DNA of 64,000 nucleotides. Source: Camelus ferus. Taxonomy: Eukaryota. The DNA lies in the NCBI RefSeq assembly GCF_009834535.1, contig NC_045696.1:86864001-86928000 (forward strand), in the 5' to 3' direction. The translations under genes and the position numbers were made by a program. The stretch's first letter is position 1, and each line of letters begins with the position of its first letter. The notes beneath the pieces were generated by a model, which was given only the letters and a program-made list of their open reading frames with translations, ran no database searches and had not been told where the DNA came from. Of the stretch, positions 47,991 to 61,764 are shown piece after piece.

Positions 47991-50008
47991 AATCCATTTC
48001 AAAACAAAACCATTGGTATCAAAGTATACTCAAAATATTAATGCTAAATGTAAAAACCAAGATCTATATACAGAGATTAATAATAAATATGAAATATATC
48101 TACTGCAAAACACCTCAATAAATCAATCAGTGGGCAATATAAATAAAAAAAAAATCCACAGGAAAACAACATGAAAAAAATAAAAAAGCTTCTCTTAATA
48201 TTACATAGATGAAGAGAGAATAACTGGGATACTTTGGGTAATGTGATTGTGGGAAGATGGCCATGAGGCATTGATTTCAACTGGGAACTAAGCAATTATA
48301 AGAAGCCAGTGATGGAAATGTTTTCCAGAACAGTTCACAGGCACAATGATCTAGATGCCCAGAAAGAGTCAGGTAACAGTCATATGATGATGGGGAAAAA
48401 TGCCAGGACTTGTGATCTGCATTATAAATCCCTAAAAAAGAAAGTTTAGTTCATGTCTGGACATCAGGAAATTGATGTCATTTATCAACCACAGTTGTTA
48501 TGAAGAGGGCTATTAACATAACTGATGTTATTTTTGCAGGAACGTGATGAATTACAAAAACAGAAGCTGAAGTCCAGCAACATCCATTCTCTTGGACTAT
48601 AAATATTTGTTTTCATCTTGATGTAGGTTATATAAAGTCATTTCAAAATGTATTATCTTATCATGTTTTGTCAAATTATAACATTTAAATAAGAAATACA
48701 TATTTTGATGGTGTGGCCTCACATTGAAAATAAAAGGTAGCTAACTATAACTGAGTTCTTTACATGTTTCTACTTTTCTCCAAATGCACAAAAAATCTTT
48801 TAACAATTCCCAATTTTACCTTTCAAAATTTGTTGTCTTTTTTTAAAATTAAGAGCATCCTTAGGTTTGTTTTATGGTCAAATACATAAATGCTCATGAA
48901 CTTTTCATAATGTATCAAAAATAAACAGATACAATTTGAAAATAATACAGTTGAAATTCAAATTATTCAACATGCAAATAATGAATGTCTGTTCAGAACC
49001 TTCCTCTTGCCAGCCTGAGCCAGGAGCATGAGTTAGAGCTGCAATCAGGTTGGACTCCATCCTGCCCTCATTTGTGTTATAATTCTGTGTAATCAGTTTG
49101 TTGTAGTTTTCCAAAAGTAAAATTGCACTATAGAAGCTTATAGAGTCATAGTTTGATGGGTTCATCAAGTCTGTTTTGGTGTCAGAACCTGAAGGAAGGA
49201 GCCACCTTCAGGTTAATTGTCATGGCTTCTCACCCATCTTTCAAAATCTTTTATCTTTTATTGTTGTGTGTGGGGAGGTGGAAGGGCAGAAGGCAGTAGG
49301 AGAATTAATTCTGAAACTTACAAAAGCAACTAAATAAAAGTTTCAAGTTTTCTTTGAAACACCATTTAGTAAAGAGAAAACTGGGCAAAATCCTCAGTCA
49401 TCAAAATCTTTATCTATATGACCCAGAGCTTTTGGACTGATCTCTGCTAAAGAATTATGTGTTTGTAAGAATATGGACCATGTGTGAACATACAGATTAC
49501 AACACAGTTTACCTTCGGAGATTTATATACACATACACACACACACACACACATATTTATATAAAACCTAATGTAATATATTTATATATTTGATATATAT
49601 ATATATAAAACCTAAGATAATACATATATGTTTATTTACTTATATTGGCTATATGTATATATTTATAACCAATGATAATGTCCAAGAAAGTCTCTTGCTG
49701 AAAACATTAAAAGTTAAAGATGTAACTAAATAAACACTTTCCGTAATTTTTTTTAATGAAGGGGTTCAGAATACAGAGATACAGAGAATGAAGGAGAGGA
49801 TGAGAAGGAGTTGTACCGTATGCAATCAAAATATGGATGATTCCTAGTTCATTTTCCATTGTGAAATTTCACAGAAAACGAAGCTTCCCTTTTTACTGGT
49901 ATACTTCCAGGTTTAGCTATAGCTACTTTCAACACATCCTAGCACCTGTGCCTTTTCTTTTTTCAAGGCATTCAACAAATCAAGATTTGCAGATACTATA
50001 TATTGTGT

Positions 50009-50010
<2 letters not shown>

Positions 50011-50045
<35 letters not shown>
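50011..50045. repeat. (AC)17 microsatellite
   Basis: Seen directly. Confidence 0.95.
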
Positions 50046-50048
<3 letters not shown>

Positions 50049-51599
50049 CCATTGAGAGTTGATGAGACTTCCCATGACACTTCCCATTTTTCCTCTCTTC
50101 ACCAGGTATATTGAAGCAATTTGGAGTAAAAGTTGCTCATAAGTGCCACTCAGAGAATATCTGAGCACCTACTATTATTCTTGGCTAAAGGTTAAATAGA
50201 ATTTGAGGGTGAAGCAACCCATTAAAAATGAAAGAATTTTTATTTTGGATTTTGAAATTTAGCCCCAAATCCTGAAGTATGATTCACCTATTATAAAATG
50301 AATTGTAAATATCCTTCTCTATAAAACAACTTCATTTGAAATTCATTAAAGATATCATCATGTTAAGTTATTATTGGCACAGAAATCATGAGTAAGGATG
50401 GTTTGAGTATTTTACAAATAATATTAAATAATCATAACCCCTGAGGTTAACCAAATTCCTTATCATCATATAGGACTTTCAACTCAACACTGACTTCACG
50501 ACCATGGTCCTTAGTTAGTCAATTTAACATACATCTAGAACAAAGTTTCAGAGCCTCTCTCTTGCACTTAATAACTACTTTTCAGTCTTCATGAAGACAC
50601 AGGGGAAGTCTTGCTCCTTTCTGCCCTGTACCCTTAAATCTATTTGACCTTGACTACAAAGCAACTGCTGCAAACAGTCCAATCTTCTATTTAACATTTT
50701 TACCTTCTGTAAGGTATTTATAAGATATATAACTAATACATAGTTCCAGGTCCTTTTGAAGATATCTAAAAAATAAAAGTTATCTTTTTCCACTTTTTAT
50801 TTAAAACAACAGCAACAACAAAGCAGCACATGAAATCCACTCTTAAATATCCTTAAATGAAATAGTTTATTTTCAAAAAAAATAGCAAGATCTAATTTGT
50901 TTCCTAATATAAATGACATTCCTTTTTTTGCAACACTTGTTTAACCCCATGTCTTTTATTCTAAATTGTATTGTGCTTTTCTGTAAGTACCAAAAATGCC
51001 ACTAGTGTCAGCAACAATTTGCCACTTAACAAAACTCCAAGTAACACTGGAGTATGCCACTTGTTAGTAATGCTATGTTTTATTTAGAGGAGATTAAAAG
51101 GAGGTGCCAAAATCCAATTATGAAGTAGCAGAATTTCAGCACCTAATTCCCAAGTGCTACTGTCAACATAAATTCACTGGCTGTGTTTCCATTAACTGTC
51201 TGTCAGGCACTGAAACTGTGACATAGCATCTCTTATGTGAATTCCGTGAACAAGTGACTTCATAAGCTCAGTTAGCTCCAGATGATTCTGTATAAAATTT
51301 CTGCTCATTAGTAAAAGGTGTCAACTTCTGTTATATGATCTCCTAGTTACAAAATCAACATAATTTTCTCACTTATCATGTGCACTTCCTACACATGAAA
51401 AATAATTGGAGGTCACATTTTTCTTAGCCTGCTCAATGGTGCCAGAAAAATTATATATAACATATTTTTTCGCTCCACGATATTACACATTGAGGATTTT
51501 TTATCGAAGCCAAGATACTCAAGTCAACTCAGAATCTTTATACTTATCCAGAGTCAGCTAAATTTCCTATTTCTACAACAATTACTCTAAATTTTAACA

Positions 51600-51910
51600 C
51601 TCTTTTGAAGTCTGACTCTCTGTCATTGTCCCCTATAATCTCAAGTGATGACCTTATCTTGTACAATTCAGATCAAATAGAGGCTATCTGGCATCAACTG
51701 CCCAATTTTGCAACCATACACCTAAAAATGTTTCTGAAATAGTATCTATTGTTGCCTATGCCCTGACCTTGTCAGATGAAGAACAATAGTTTTTCCCTTC
51801 CAAGGCTAACCTGTTACCTTTGATCTATTTACAGCACTATTTGTTTTGCATTCTTAGGAAACATTCTCCAACACATACACCTCTGTGTTGAATATTTCTC
51901 TCTCTCAAAA
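51600..51910 (+). mobile_element. L2 ORF2 fragment
   Basis: GATGACCTTATCTTGTACAATTCAGATCAAATAGAGGCTATCTGGCATCAACT...CCTTCCAAGGCTAACC. Confidence 0.6.
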
Positions 51911-54189
51911 TTTCCAATGTAAATATTACATAATGGGACAAATAATATACAGCTGGCTGTGGAATACTTTATTATTAAATGCGAACTTAAGTATGTTTCA
52001 TGACTTTACATTCCATAATGAAACATCATCATTCATGCTTCATAATTTAGAAAATAATGTAAATGCCTGAAAGATTTTCTAATCTACTATGCAAAAAAAG
52101 CAACTCCAAAATCATTAAACACATTTCAAAACCTGTCTCGTAGCCAGTAATTAAAATATACATTATATATATATATAATTTGATGCTTTAAGTCATTTTA
52201 ACAGGAGTTGACTCCTTATTTTGTTTAATTATAACCCCTTAGAAAATGAGTTATCAAAATATGTGGTTCAACCCTATGTGATCTGCCACATTCCAAGCTT
52301 CATTACAAATACTTGTTTATAGGCATTCACTCTTTGGACCTTGAATTACACAGGCTTATAGTTGCCACAGCTCAAATAAACTGACAACTTCTTCCTTGGC
52401 CCCAGATCCATTAAAAGAGAAACTTTGTAATGTATTATGAGAAGATAATAAGGTAGACATTTTATAAACTAAGTCTGTCTTCATAGCAGTCCAGGCCACA
52501 GATAATTAAGCAGATCAGGTTCTATTAGTTCTTGCCTCTAGGATTTGTTTCCTCTGCCATAAATGTGATAACTGGACTGGTAACTGTAACTTGCTACCAA
52601 GTTCTTGTTGGTCAATCAGGAATTTTAAGACTTAGTTTTATCTTTTCTGATAAAACTCATTCATGAGAATAGAATCCCATTACCCAATTATAAATAATGA
52701 GAAAACCTACTCTATTTACCTTTTTGGGTCCCTCACTATAGTTTCTGGAATTTTTGCTATGAATTATTAAAATCTTGACATTTTATTCTCTTAACCCTTT
52801 GGATTCTATGCTCTGTCTATGAGCAAAACCCTTCTCTCAGGACCTCTAATCTAGAGTCTCACAACTCACTATTCATCCTACCCCTGATGGGGTTGTCTAA
52901 TTTCAGTGTGATTCCCATGTTTCTTTCCATGTTACAATGGAGAACTGGCATTAGTCTAAATTCAAAACACTGGTTACTTACAAATATGCCTAAGTCACCT
53001 GTTCAAGAAAAATATTTTGCAGCAAGTGCTGGCCCTGAAAATTTGATAAACTGTTCAAATTAATGATATAAATAAGCACTACCAGATTGGTAATTTTATT
53101 TTTTAAAATTTATTTCCTTAGTTAAGGATATATTTATGACACCTCTCAAGAATAAAGGAAGTGCCTCAAGACTGTGAGACAGTTTACACAATTTCAAGTT
53201 TCTATCCCCACGGTCAACACACAGCTTATGGGAGCAGTTCAGGAAGAATAAAATATCAACTATTTCTATAAATTTTATTGTGTGGAATACTGTCTAAATA
53301 TATTTAGTACTCAATGAATAAAAAGAACAAAAATGTTGTCCAGAGTAGCACTTTTATACTATTATTGTATAGGACATTATATAATAGTGTGACTGTGCCT
53401 AGTTAACAGATAACCCTCAGTAAATTGTCACTTTTTCAAATACAAATTGGAAACATCAAGTTAATCAAAGCTAAACAGATTTATTTACAGGAAGATATAT
53501 CTAAGCCTTAAAAATGCTTAAGTGTATATGAATCTTCCAAAACAGAAAAACGTAAGAAGTTTTTTGTGTACTTTTTGCCCAAGAACTCTTTCTCTTTGAA
53601 TACCTATTAATATTTCTGGGATCACTATTCTCAAACAATTGAGGAAATGGTGGTCTACTGAATATTTTCTCTCCAATGGATTAATAATATGGGTGTAAGT
53701 CAAAGTACTTGACCAATTAGCAAGGCCTAATTAGAGAGCAGAGTTTTTGGAACTCTTCTATACCCTAGAAATGAACCCTCTTGTTTTTAGTTCTTGAAGA
53801 GGTCCAGAGTGGGTCAGAAGTGAGAGGAGGAGGACAACTAGAGTTGCTGATGGCACTACGAGAGGGATGGGATTGAGAATTTACTATTTTCCAACCAATG
53901 TGGAGTTTTTCCATATTTTGTAAATGCATATGTCCTGATGGATGGCAATTGGCTGAAACTTGATCCTGAGTTTTCTGACCATCTACCTTGAAAAGGAAAT
54001 ATTTCAAAGTTTATGGGTAGACATAACTGATCCTCCTTGAAAAGGGAATAATCAACTAATTCCTGCCTCAAAAGGAAGTGACAGCTAGTGAGACATTTGT
54101 CTCCATGACACAAATGAATAACACTATATAAGCATCAATCCCAAAACCTCCCCTTTTCTCAGGAATTTGTAATGTGAAAATACACATAC

Positions 54190-54575
54190 ATTTTGTTTTA
54201 TTTTCTGTTTTAGGATTTTATACAGGATACTATGTTTCATTTAGATATTATGCCTCCTTAATGTCCTCTGGTTTGTGACTGGTATCTTAGTCTTTAATTA
54301 TTTTTCAAAACCTTGAGAGTTTTGAGGACTAAGAAGGATAATTAAGAGATATTTTGTAGAATGATTTCCAATTAGAGTTTTTCTGATAATGGGACACGGA
54401 TCATAGGTTTTGGAAAGAATAAAACAGAGAAGAAATGCCCATCATATCATATCAAGGGAGGAAGGATGAACATATGACACCACTGGTGATGTTAATCTTG
54501 ATCACTTAGTTAAGGTAGTATTTGCAGAGTTCTTAACTTGAAAATTACTACTTTCCTTTTTCATAACCTATCATT
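54190..54575 (-). mobile_element. L1MC-type 3'UTR fragment
   Basis: Homologous to about 33960-34320 (GGTGATGTTAATCTTGATCACTTAGTTAAGGTAGT). Confidence 0.75.
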
Positions 54576-54579
54576 TTTA

Positions 54580-56915
54580 TTATTATTTTCTTTTATGGAC
54601 TGAGCTTTTGGTGTTGTATCTAAAAATTCATTGCCAAATCAAAGTCATATATATTTACTCTCATGTTTCATTCAGGCTATTTTATACCTGTATATTTTTC
54701 ATTTAGGGCTATGAACTGTTTGAGTCAATTTTTGTATAATATGTGAAATTTGTGGCAAAGTTCATTCTGTTTTTGCATTAAAATTCAAATTGTTCCACTG
54801 CTATTTATTATATTAAAAAGATCATCCTTCTCCCTTTTAATTGTCTTTACAACTTTGTAAAGGCAAAAGTTAACTGTATTTGCTGAAAGGATTCTAACCA
54901 CAATCAAGTTGGATTTACCCTAGGGTTGCAACAATTTTTTAATATTTTCAAATCAATGTGATATATCACATTTATTGAATAAAAACTATATGATACTTTC
55001 AACAGATGCAGAAAAAGCTTTTCAGAAAATTCAATATCCATTTATGATAAAAACTCTTCAGAAAGTAGACAAAGAAGGAACATGTCTCAACATAATAGAT
55101 GTCATATAGGACAAACTGACAGCTAACATCATACTCAACAATAAAAAGCTGAAAACATTTCATGTAAGATTAGAAATAAATAAAGATTCCCACTATTGCC
55201 ACTTTTATTCAACATAGTATTGGAAGTCCTAGCCATAGCCAAATTGTAAGGAAAGAAATAAAACTATCATTATTTGCACATGACATGATACTGCACATAG
55301 AAAATCCTAAAGATGCCACCAGCTCATCAATGAATTTGGTGAAGTTGCAGGATACAAATTAATATACAGAAATTGGTTGCATTTCTATACACTAACAATG
55401 AACTATCAGAAAGAGTGTCTTAGAACAATGTCTAACATCATAAACAAAAATAAACTCAAAATGGATTAAAGATCTAAATGTAAAACTGGAAACCATAAAA
55501 ATCCTGGAAGAAAGCCTAAGAAGAACACTCTTTGAAATAAATTATAGCACCATTTTGGGGGGTCTGTCTCCTAAAGCAAATAAAACAAAAACAAAAATAA
55601 ACAAATGGGACCTACTTAAACTTAAAACCTTTTATATAGCAAAGGATACCATTATCAAAAAGAAAAGACAATCTACTGAATGGAACAAAATATTTGCAAA
55701 TGATATAACAGATAAGGGGTTCAAATCCAAAATATATAAATAGCTCATAGAACTCAACAGCAAAAGAACAAACAACCTGATTTAAAAAATGGGCCAAAGA
55801 TCTAAATAGACATTTTTCCAAAGACACACAGATGGCCAACAGGCACATGAAAAGATGCTCAACATCGTTAATCATCAGAGAAATGCAAATTAAAACCACA
55901 ATGAGATATCACTTTACACCTGTCAAAATGGCTATTATCAAATAGCACACGAATAACAAATGTTAGCAAAAATGTGGAGAAAAGAGAACCCCCATATACA
56001 GTTGGTGGAAATATAAATTAGTATAGCCTCTGTGGAAAACAGTATGAAGACTTCTCAAAAAGTAAAAACAGAACTATCATATGGCCTAGCAATTCCACTC
56101 CTGGGTATATATCTGAAAAAAATGAAAATACTAATTCAAAAATATACATCCAGGTCCATAGCATTATTTCCAATTGCCACGATATGGAAGCAACCTAAGT
56201 GTTCCAACAACAGATGAATGGACAGAGAAAATGTGACATGAAACAGATTTCTTCTCAGCCATAAAATAAGAATGAAATTTTGCCATTTGGAACAACATGT
56301 ATGGACTTGGAGGGTATTATTCTAAGGGAAGTAAGTCAGACCAAGAATCTCCACCAGTGGAAAGTGGGAAGGGGGAGGGACAGGGTAAGGGTAGGGGATT
56401 AAGAAGTATAAACTACTACATATAAAATAAATAAGCTAGTAGGATATATTGTACAGTGAAGGAAATATAGCCAATCTTTTATAATAACTATACATGGAAT
56501 ATAACTTTCAAAAATTGTGAATCACTATGCTGTACCCTTGTAACATATAATATTATTCAACTCTACCATAATTCAAAAAAGAGAGACTAAGAGAAAATAA
56601 ACAAAAATACTATCTTTTCTTCTTTTAATTGCCTTTACAACTTTGGCAAAAATCCATTAATTATATTTGATTAGGTTTAATTCTCGACTTTCTATTTTTT
56701 CCATTGATTTATGAATCTATACTTTTATCCATACTGCACTATCTTGATTACTATAGGTTTACAATAAGTCTTGGAATCAGATATTATGAATCTTCCAAAT
56801 TTGTTTTCGTTTGCTTATCTCTTTGTTTTCAGAGTTGTTTTGACTATTCCAATTCCTTTAATATGCCATAAGAATTTCAGAACAAAATTTAGAATCATAA
56901 TTTATCTGTCTATAA
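54580..56915 (-). mobile_element. Old L1 ORF2 fragment, split by a younger plus-strand L1
   Basis: GCTTTTGGTGTTGTATCTAAAAATTCATTGCCAAA on the left; resumes near 56603 with ...ATCTTGATTACTATAGGTTTACAATAAGTCTTGGAATCAG. Confidence 0.75.
54887..56602 (+). mobile_element. L1 (RT region to 3'UTR) with an internal deletion near 55415
   Basis: [61 protein letters not shown]; 3'UTR ending ATAATTCAAAAAA. Confidence 0.9.
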
Positions 56916-59354
56916 CAGTAAATTTCAGAGTACAACCAAACTGAAATATACATTGACCCAAATACTACATATTATGAAGAGTTCTGACTGTAATATTCTT
57001 CCTAAATCTGCCCTTCTCTATGTGTGTATCTGGCCTAAGAAGGACTTTTCATAAATGATAGAACATGTCAGACATCATTTTATAATATCCTTATTTTTTA
57101 AAAAAAAAGAGCTTTTCTTTCCCAACTCTTAAAATGTTTCCTGGGCTGTACTCTGAACTGACTCAGGTAAATTTCTTGCAAGGTAAAGGGGTTACTGTGA
57201 TTATCTGGTCAATCAAGGTCCATCCATATAGTTTAGGGTAGTATCTAGGTACATCAGAACTTTAGGGAGCATTACTATAGGACAGAAGGGAAAAGATGAT
57301 ATGACTTGGGATGAAAAGGTAAGAAAAAAAACTATGTCTACTAGTAGTGGTCAGACTGGATTATTTTCACAAGATTACAGATTATGACTCTGAGCCATTA
57401 AGGTACTGTGATATGGTTGATAGAGAGCTTTGGGGTAGGGGAGGGAATTATACTTTTGTAAAAACAAGAGTACACATGAAGCCTAAACTGTGATGTTATG
57501 AAACACTGAAAGACGATTCTGAAATTTAAGTTAGCCTAACATAGAGGATGATAGACTTAGGAAAAATGTACATATATAAAAACACATTTCAACATGGTGC
57601 TGATCTCCAAAGTTTATAATTCAGTTAAGATTTTGTAAGTAAATTAATTTTATAACTATTATATAGGGGGAATTTAACTCTTGAGGCTTGATGTGATTAT
57701 TTAAATTTAAATACTGCAAAGGCCTTTAATGCATAAAATAGTTCAGGTGATAGTGTAAATAAGGTTATAATTTTATCTCTCAGATATTTAAACACAGACA
57801 AATACAATGATCCAGTAATTATCTTCATCTCATAAATCTTTGTTGTACAATTTAATAGCATGCATCTTGTTTTGCTTTGTTTTCTAAGTTATGTTTTTGG
57901 GAAATATGCTAACCATTGGGTTCTATTCATTTCAAATTTCTGAGTAAATAGTTGCCTTCTTAAAAACTGCCAAACAAACCCAGGAAGTGTTTGTATATTT
58001 TTACCTCTGGGATTCTGAAAATCATTTGACATATACATATTTAACTGCAACTGCACATTGTCTGGAGCCATGGGAAGAATAAAATATGTTAAGTGCATAA
58101 AAAGCCTACATAAAAACTAAATTATACAATGAAAATCTTGAAGGTTTAAGGTGCTGCCAAGAATCTAGAGAAATTTTGAGAGCTAGCAGCATGCACATAG
58201 TTATTATTCTATGCAATCATTATTTCCAAGTTATGCTTAAATTCATTTACACTGTAAATAAGTACTGAAATAATAGAAAAATTATCCAAAGATGAAGAAA
58301 AAAACCCTAAGAACTCTAGATATTGTTGAATTTAGCTATACTCTCCAGTAATGATGAGATTTGTTGTTCATGCTTTATATTTCTTTTTTAAATATATAAC
58401 AGATCTGCAAATGTAAAAAAGTATATTTAGGAAGAGGAAAGGGGAAGAAAACTTGTACAATAAGAAAATCTCATAATCTATTGATAGTAGGTCACTAAAT
58501 ATTTACTGGAAAACCAAATGCTCAAAGTATAGAAAGGGTTATAAAATACCATGTCTTTACTACCAGGCAAAAAATCGGGCAGAAATTCTCTGATTTCACA
58601 TGTAGGATTGTTGGGAAGTTCAGGAAGAAGCAGATGGAAAATTCTTGCAAACTGATTTAGATTTGTGCTGGAGTTGATGAAAATGATGAGGTTCTCTGGG
58701 TCCTTACTAGAAATTCCATTTGTTTAAAGAGTATTTACAAATATCACAGAAAATCTCAAGGTTGAAAGGAAATTCAGAGTTCATTTTTCCCAGTTTCATC
58801 CAATTCAGAATATTTGATTTGCCTGATTAAATAAGCAAAGTTAGAAATGATCTCCAGAAGTATTACATAATTACCGATATAAAAAACTCCCCTTACTAGG
58901 TAAGATAATTTTAAGTTGTTGAGATACATCTGTTGTGTAAACACTGTGAGCTGACAGTGGGAACACTGTGTCATTTAGTGAAATTAGTAATACACAGCAA
59001 GATGTCAATGTATTACGGAAGACCAGTACTGTGAGTATTTATTGTCTTGCTGTATTGCCTTGAAAACATGAAATGTGTCATATTCAGCCATATTTGCAAA
59101 TTTCAGATTCATTTACAGAATCAATTTAACATTTTCAATTGGTACTACAACAGATACCATGGGAGAAAAAAATAACAAAAAATCCTTCAAAACCTCCCAA
59201 ATGCAAAACTCATCCAATGATGCTTAGGAAAGTGTGTTCTTTTCTTTCCTTGGTAGGATTAACCTGAACAGTAGTGCAGAACTTCTGGCCTAGTGTTTAT
59301 TTTCTGTAGGTAAAGGAAAATGTGAAGAATTTGCCCATTTTTTTTCATCTGCAT

Positions 59355-60130
59355 ATTCACTCAACATATTTTTATTTCACACCTACTCCACGCCAAATGT
59401 TAGTGGACTAACTAACCTGCTGTTAGTCCAAGATGAAATAGACATGGTTATCTACCTTCAAATGAATCAAAATTTAGTGGAACCAACACTGTGGTAAACT
59501 GCAATTATAATATAGCAGATTAGCAAAGTTTCTTTGGGCAGTTAAAGGATGTACCTAAGGCCCAGAGTATGATTATCTTGAAGTATTTTTAGAGGATTAT
59601 TACTAAGTGAAATATTAGTAAAGAGTAGTAAATAGTCTAAACAAGGTGAGGAGGCAAAACATATCAATTCACTGGAGCAAGGAGACAAGGTGGACCATGG
59701 AAAATTATGAGATTTGAAAGTTTGGATGTAAAAGGCTTCAATAAGGGTGAGAAATACTACACAGGAATTCTTGTCACTTAAGGATTAGGCCATAAAAAGG
59801 CCTAGGGTGTTCTAGGAAACTGAAGCTGTGTATTAAGGGCACAGAGATCTACTGAAGTATTATGATCTAATATTTGCAATTTAGAACAAGAAGAGTGTTA
59901 ATGTAGAAATAACTGGGGGAATAACTATGTTGTAATAATGACATTTAGGAGAATATGTCATTATTTAGGCGCAGGATGATGATAGTTTGAACTGAGTTGG
60001 TTATCATGTTGATACAGAGAACTGAATAATTTAGAAAGGAAGAAAGACAGAATCTTTAGGCCCTAACAAAATGATGCAGATTCTCTGGTTTCTAACATAA
60101 GGCAAGGAAAGGATATGGCTATTCACTGAC
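59355..60130 (-). mobile_element. L2 fragment
   Basis: ATTCACTCAACATATTTTTATTTCACACCTACT...AGATGAAATAGACATGGT...GCAGGATGATGATAGTTTGAACT...GGTTTCTAACAT. Confidence 0.65.
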
Positions 60131-60639
60131 ATACCAAAAAAAAAAAAAAAAAAAGGAAAAAAAAGAAGAGCAATATCTGGGGACCAAAACTAGGAGGCCA
60201 CCTTCATTAGCTGTGCTTCTGTCAAATTCACAACTAAATGAATATCCTTTTGACATATCCTCCCCTCTCCATTTTCTCTTTTCTTTTTCCAGAACTCTCA
60301 CTACTTGAAGGTTATCCTCCTTGGCTAATTTTTTTTTAAATTTACTATTATCTGCTTTTTTATCTTTATGACAACTTTTGATGATTATATAACCTATTGG
60401 ATATCATAAAATGATAGTTATTATTTTGATGCTTCTGAAAATAGAACCACATGACTATATAGCTAGCCCATTCAGGCAGAACTATGTCTTATTAGAAGCA
60501 CTGGGCAAAGAGTACTTACTGTCTATTATATTTACCTGGATGTGCTTTCATTAATCCTGCCCCTCAAAGTGTTAAACACTGCATATAATAATGATAAAAT
60601 GATTAGTAGTTCAGAAAACTTATCAAAGAAAAATTACTA

Positions 60640-61250
60640 TGCAACAAAATCATACCTTCAATATTCTGGCTGAAAGTTACTTTTATCTCAGAATTCTTAT
60701 CCTATCCAGTCAGGAATCTAAAAAAAGATATTTTAAAACTTAAACTAAAATCACCCTACTATGAAGCCTGCCTCAATAATCACTTCAGCTTCTATTATGC
60801 TGCAGGAAAAAATGGAGAAGAGTAAAACATGAAATCCAGGAAGCAAGAGAAAATTGTTCAAACACAGGATTTTATAGGTTTTTACACAAATGGCAACAAA
60901 GAGAAGTCTGAGGATGAGAGATCAAGGAAGTTACCGGATTGTAGCTGTGCATTAGTCCCACGGACCCACCAGGGCTGATCCAAGCAGGTGAACAGATCAT
61001 GCCAACTGAGTTGTCTCAAGAGAAAAATCAGAAACGTATGCTTATGAATATGAAAAATGATATTGAAAACAATGATATCCAGTAGTGATATGGGTCAGTA
61101 GGGAAATAATAAAACTAAAAAACTATAAACTAAAAAGGCACAAAAAGGCAATTTATTATTTTTAATAGATCTATAAGTTTTATGAGAAAAACAAAAAACA
61201 AATATTAATTGATTCAAATATAGCTTGCAAAGAAGTGGTAAATATGATCA
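60640..61250 (+). mobile_element. HAL1/L1ME ORF1-end fragment
   Basis: ATACCTTCAATATTCTGGCTGAAAGTTACTTTTATCTCAGAATTCT...CATGAAATCCAGGAAGCA...GTAGCTGTGCA. Confidence 0.45.
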
Positions 61251-61289
61251 TCATTCCCTGAAGGATATCTGAATAGGATCTTTCCTTTT

Positions 61290-61680
61290 AGACTGTGTAG
61301 AAAGGAATCATTTGAGTGTTGCTTCAGCCTCTCTACTAAGCAAACTGCTGTCACTGGTAATCAGTTTCTGCTACGTGACCTTCTTTTCTTCTCCAAACAT
61401 AGATAACTGGACTGGGAATGTGTATCTGACCTAAACAAATCAACTTTCCTTTTTCCTGAGAATTTGACTCAGACCCGGAGAAAGCAGGATTAAGACTTGT
61501 GTCAAATCAATTGTAGAATTTCTTGTATCTATATATAACTGTAGCTGAATTCCCCAGACTTTAATTTCCTTCTCTTTCAAAACATAATTTGCTTACTCAC
61601 CTTGAATGATGGCAGATACATCAGAATGTTTCTAAATTTTTTCCCTTTGGTCCTTATAATTAATGAAAATTCTAGATAAT
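61290..61680 (+). mobile_element. Ancient ERVL LTR (LTR16-like)
   Basis: ACTGGACTGGGAATGTGTATCTGACCTAA...TTTCCTGAGAATTTG. Confidence 0.45.
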
Positions 61681-61764
61681 TTTTTTTTTTTTGCAAACTC
61701 TGTTGCATGCCTTTACACTAAACTAAATGAGACTTGTTACTTTCTTGTGAAAACATATTTACAC

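Noticed and set aside
59404..59430. 9-bp hairpin TGGACTAAC/GTTAGTCCA as a terminator or ncRNA
   Set aside because: Lies inside a decayed L2; most likely a local template-switch scar or chance
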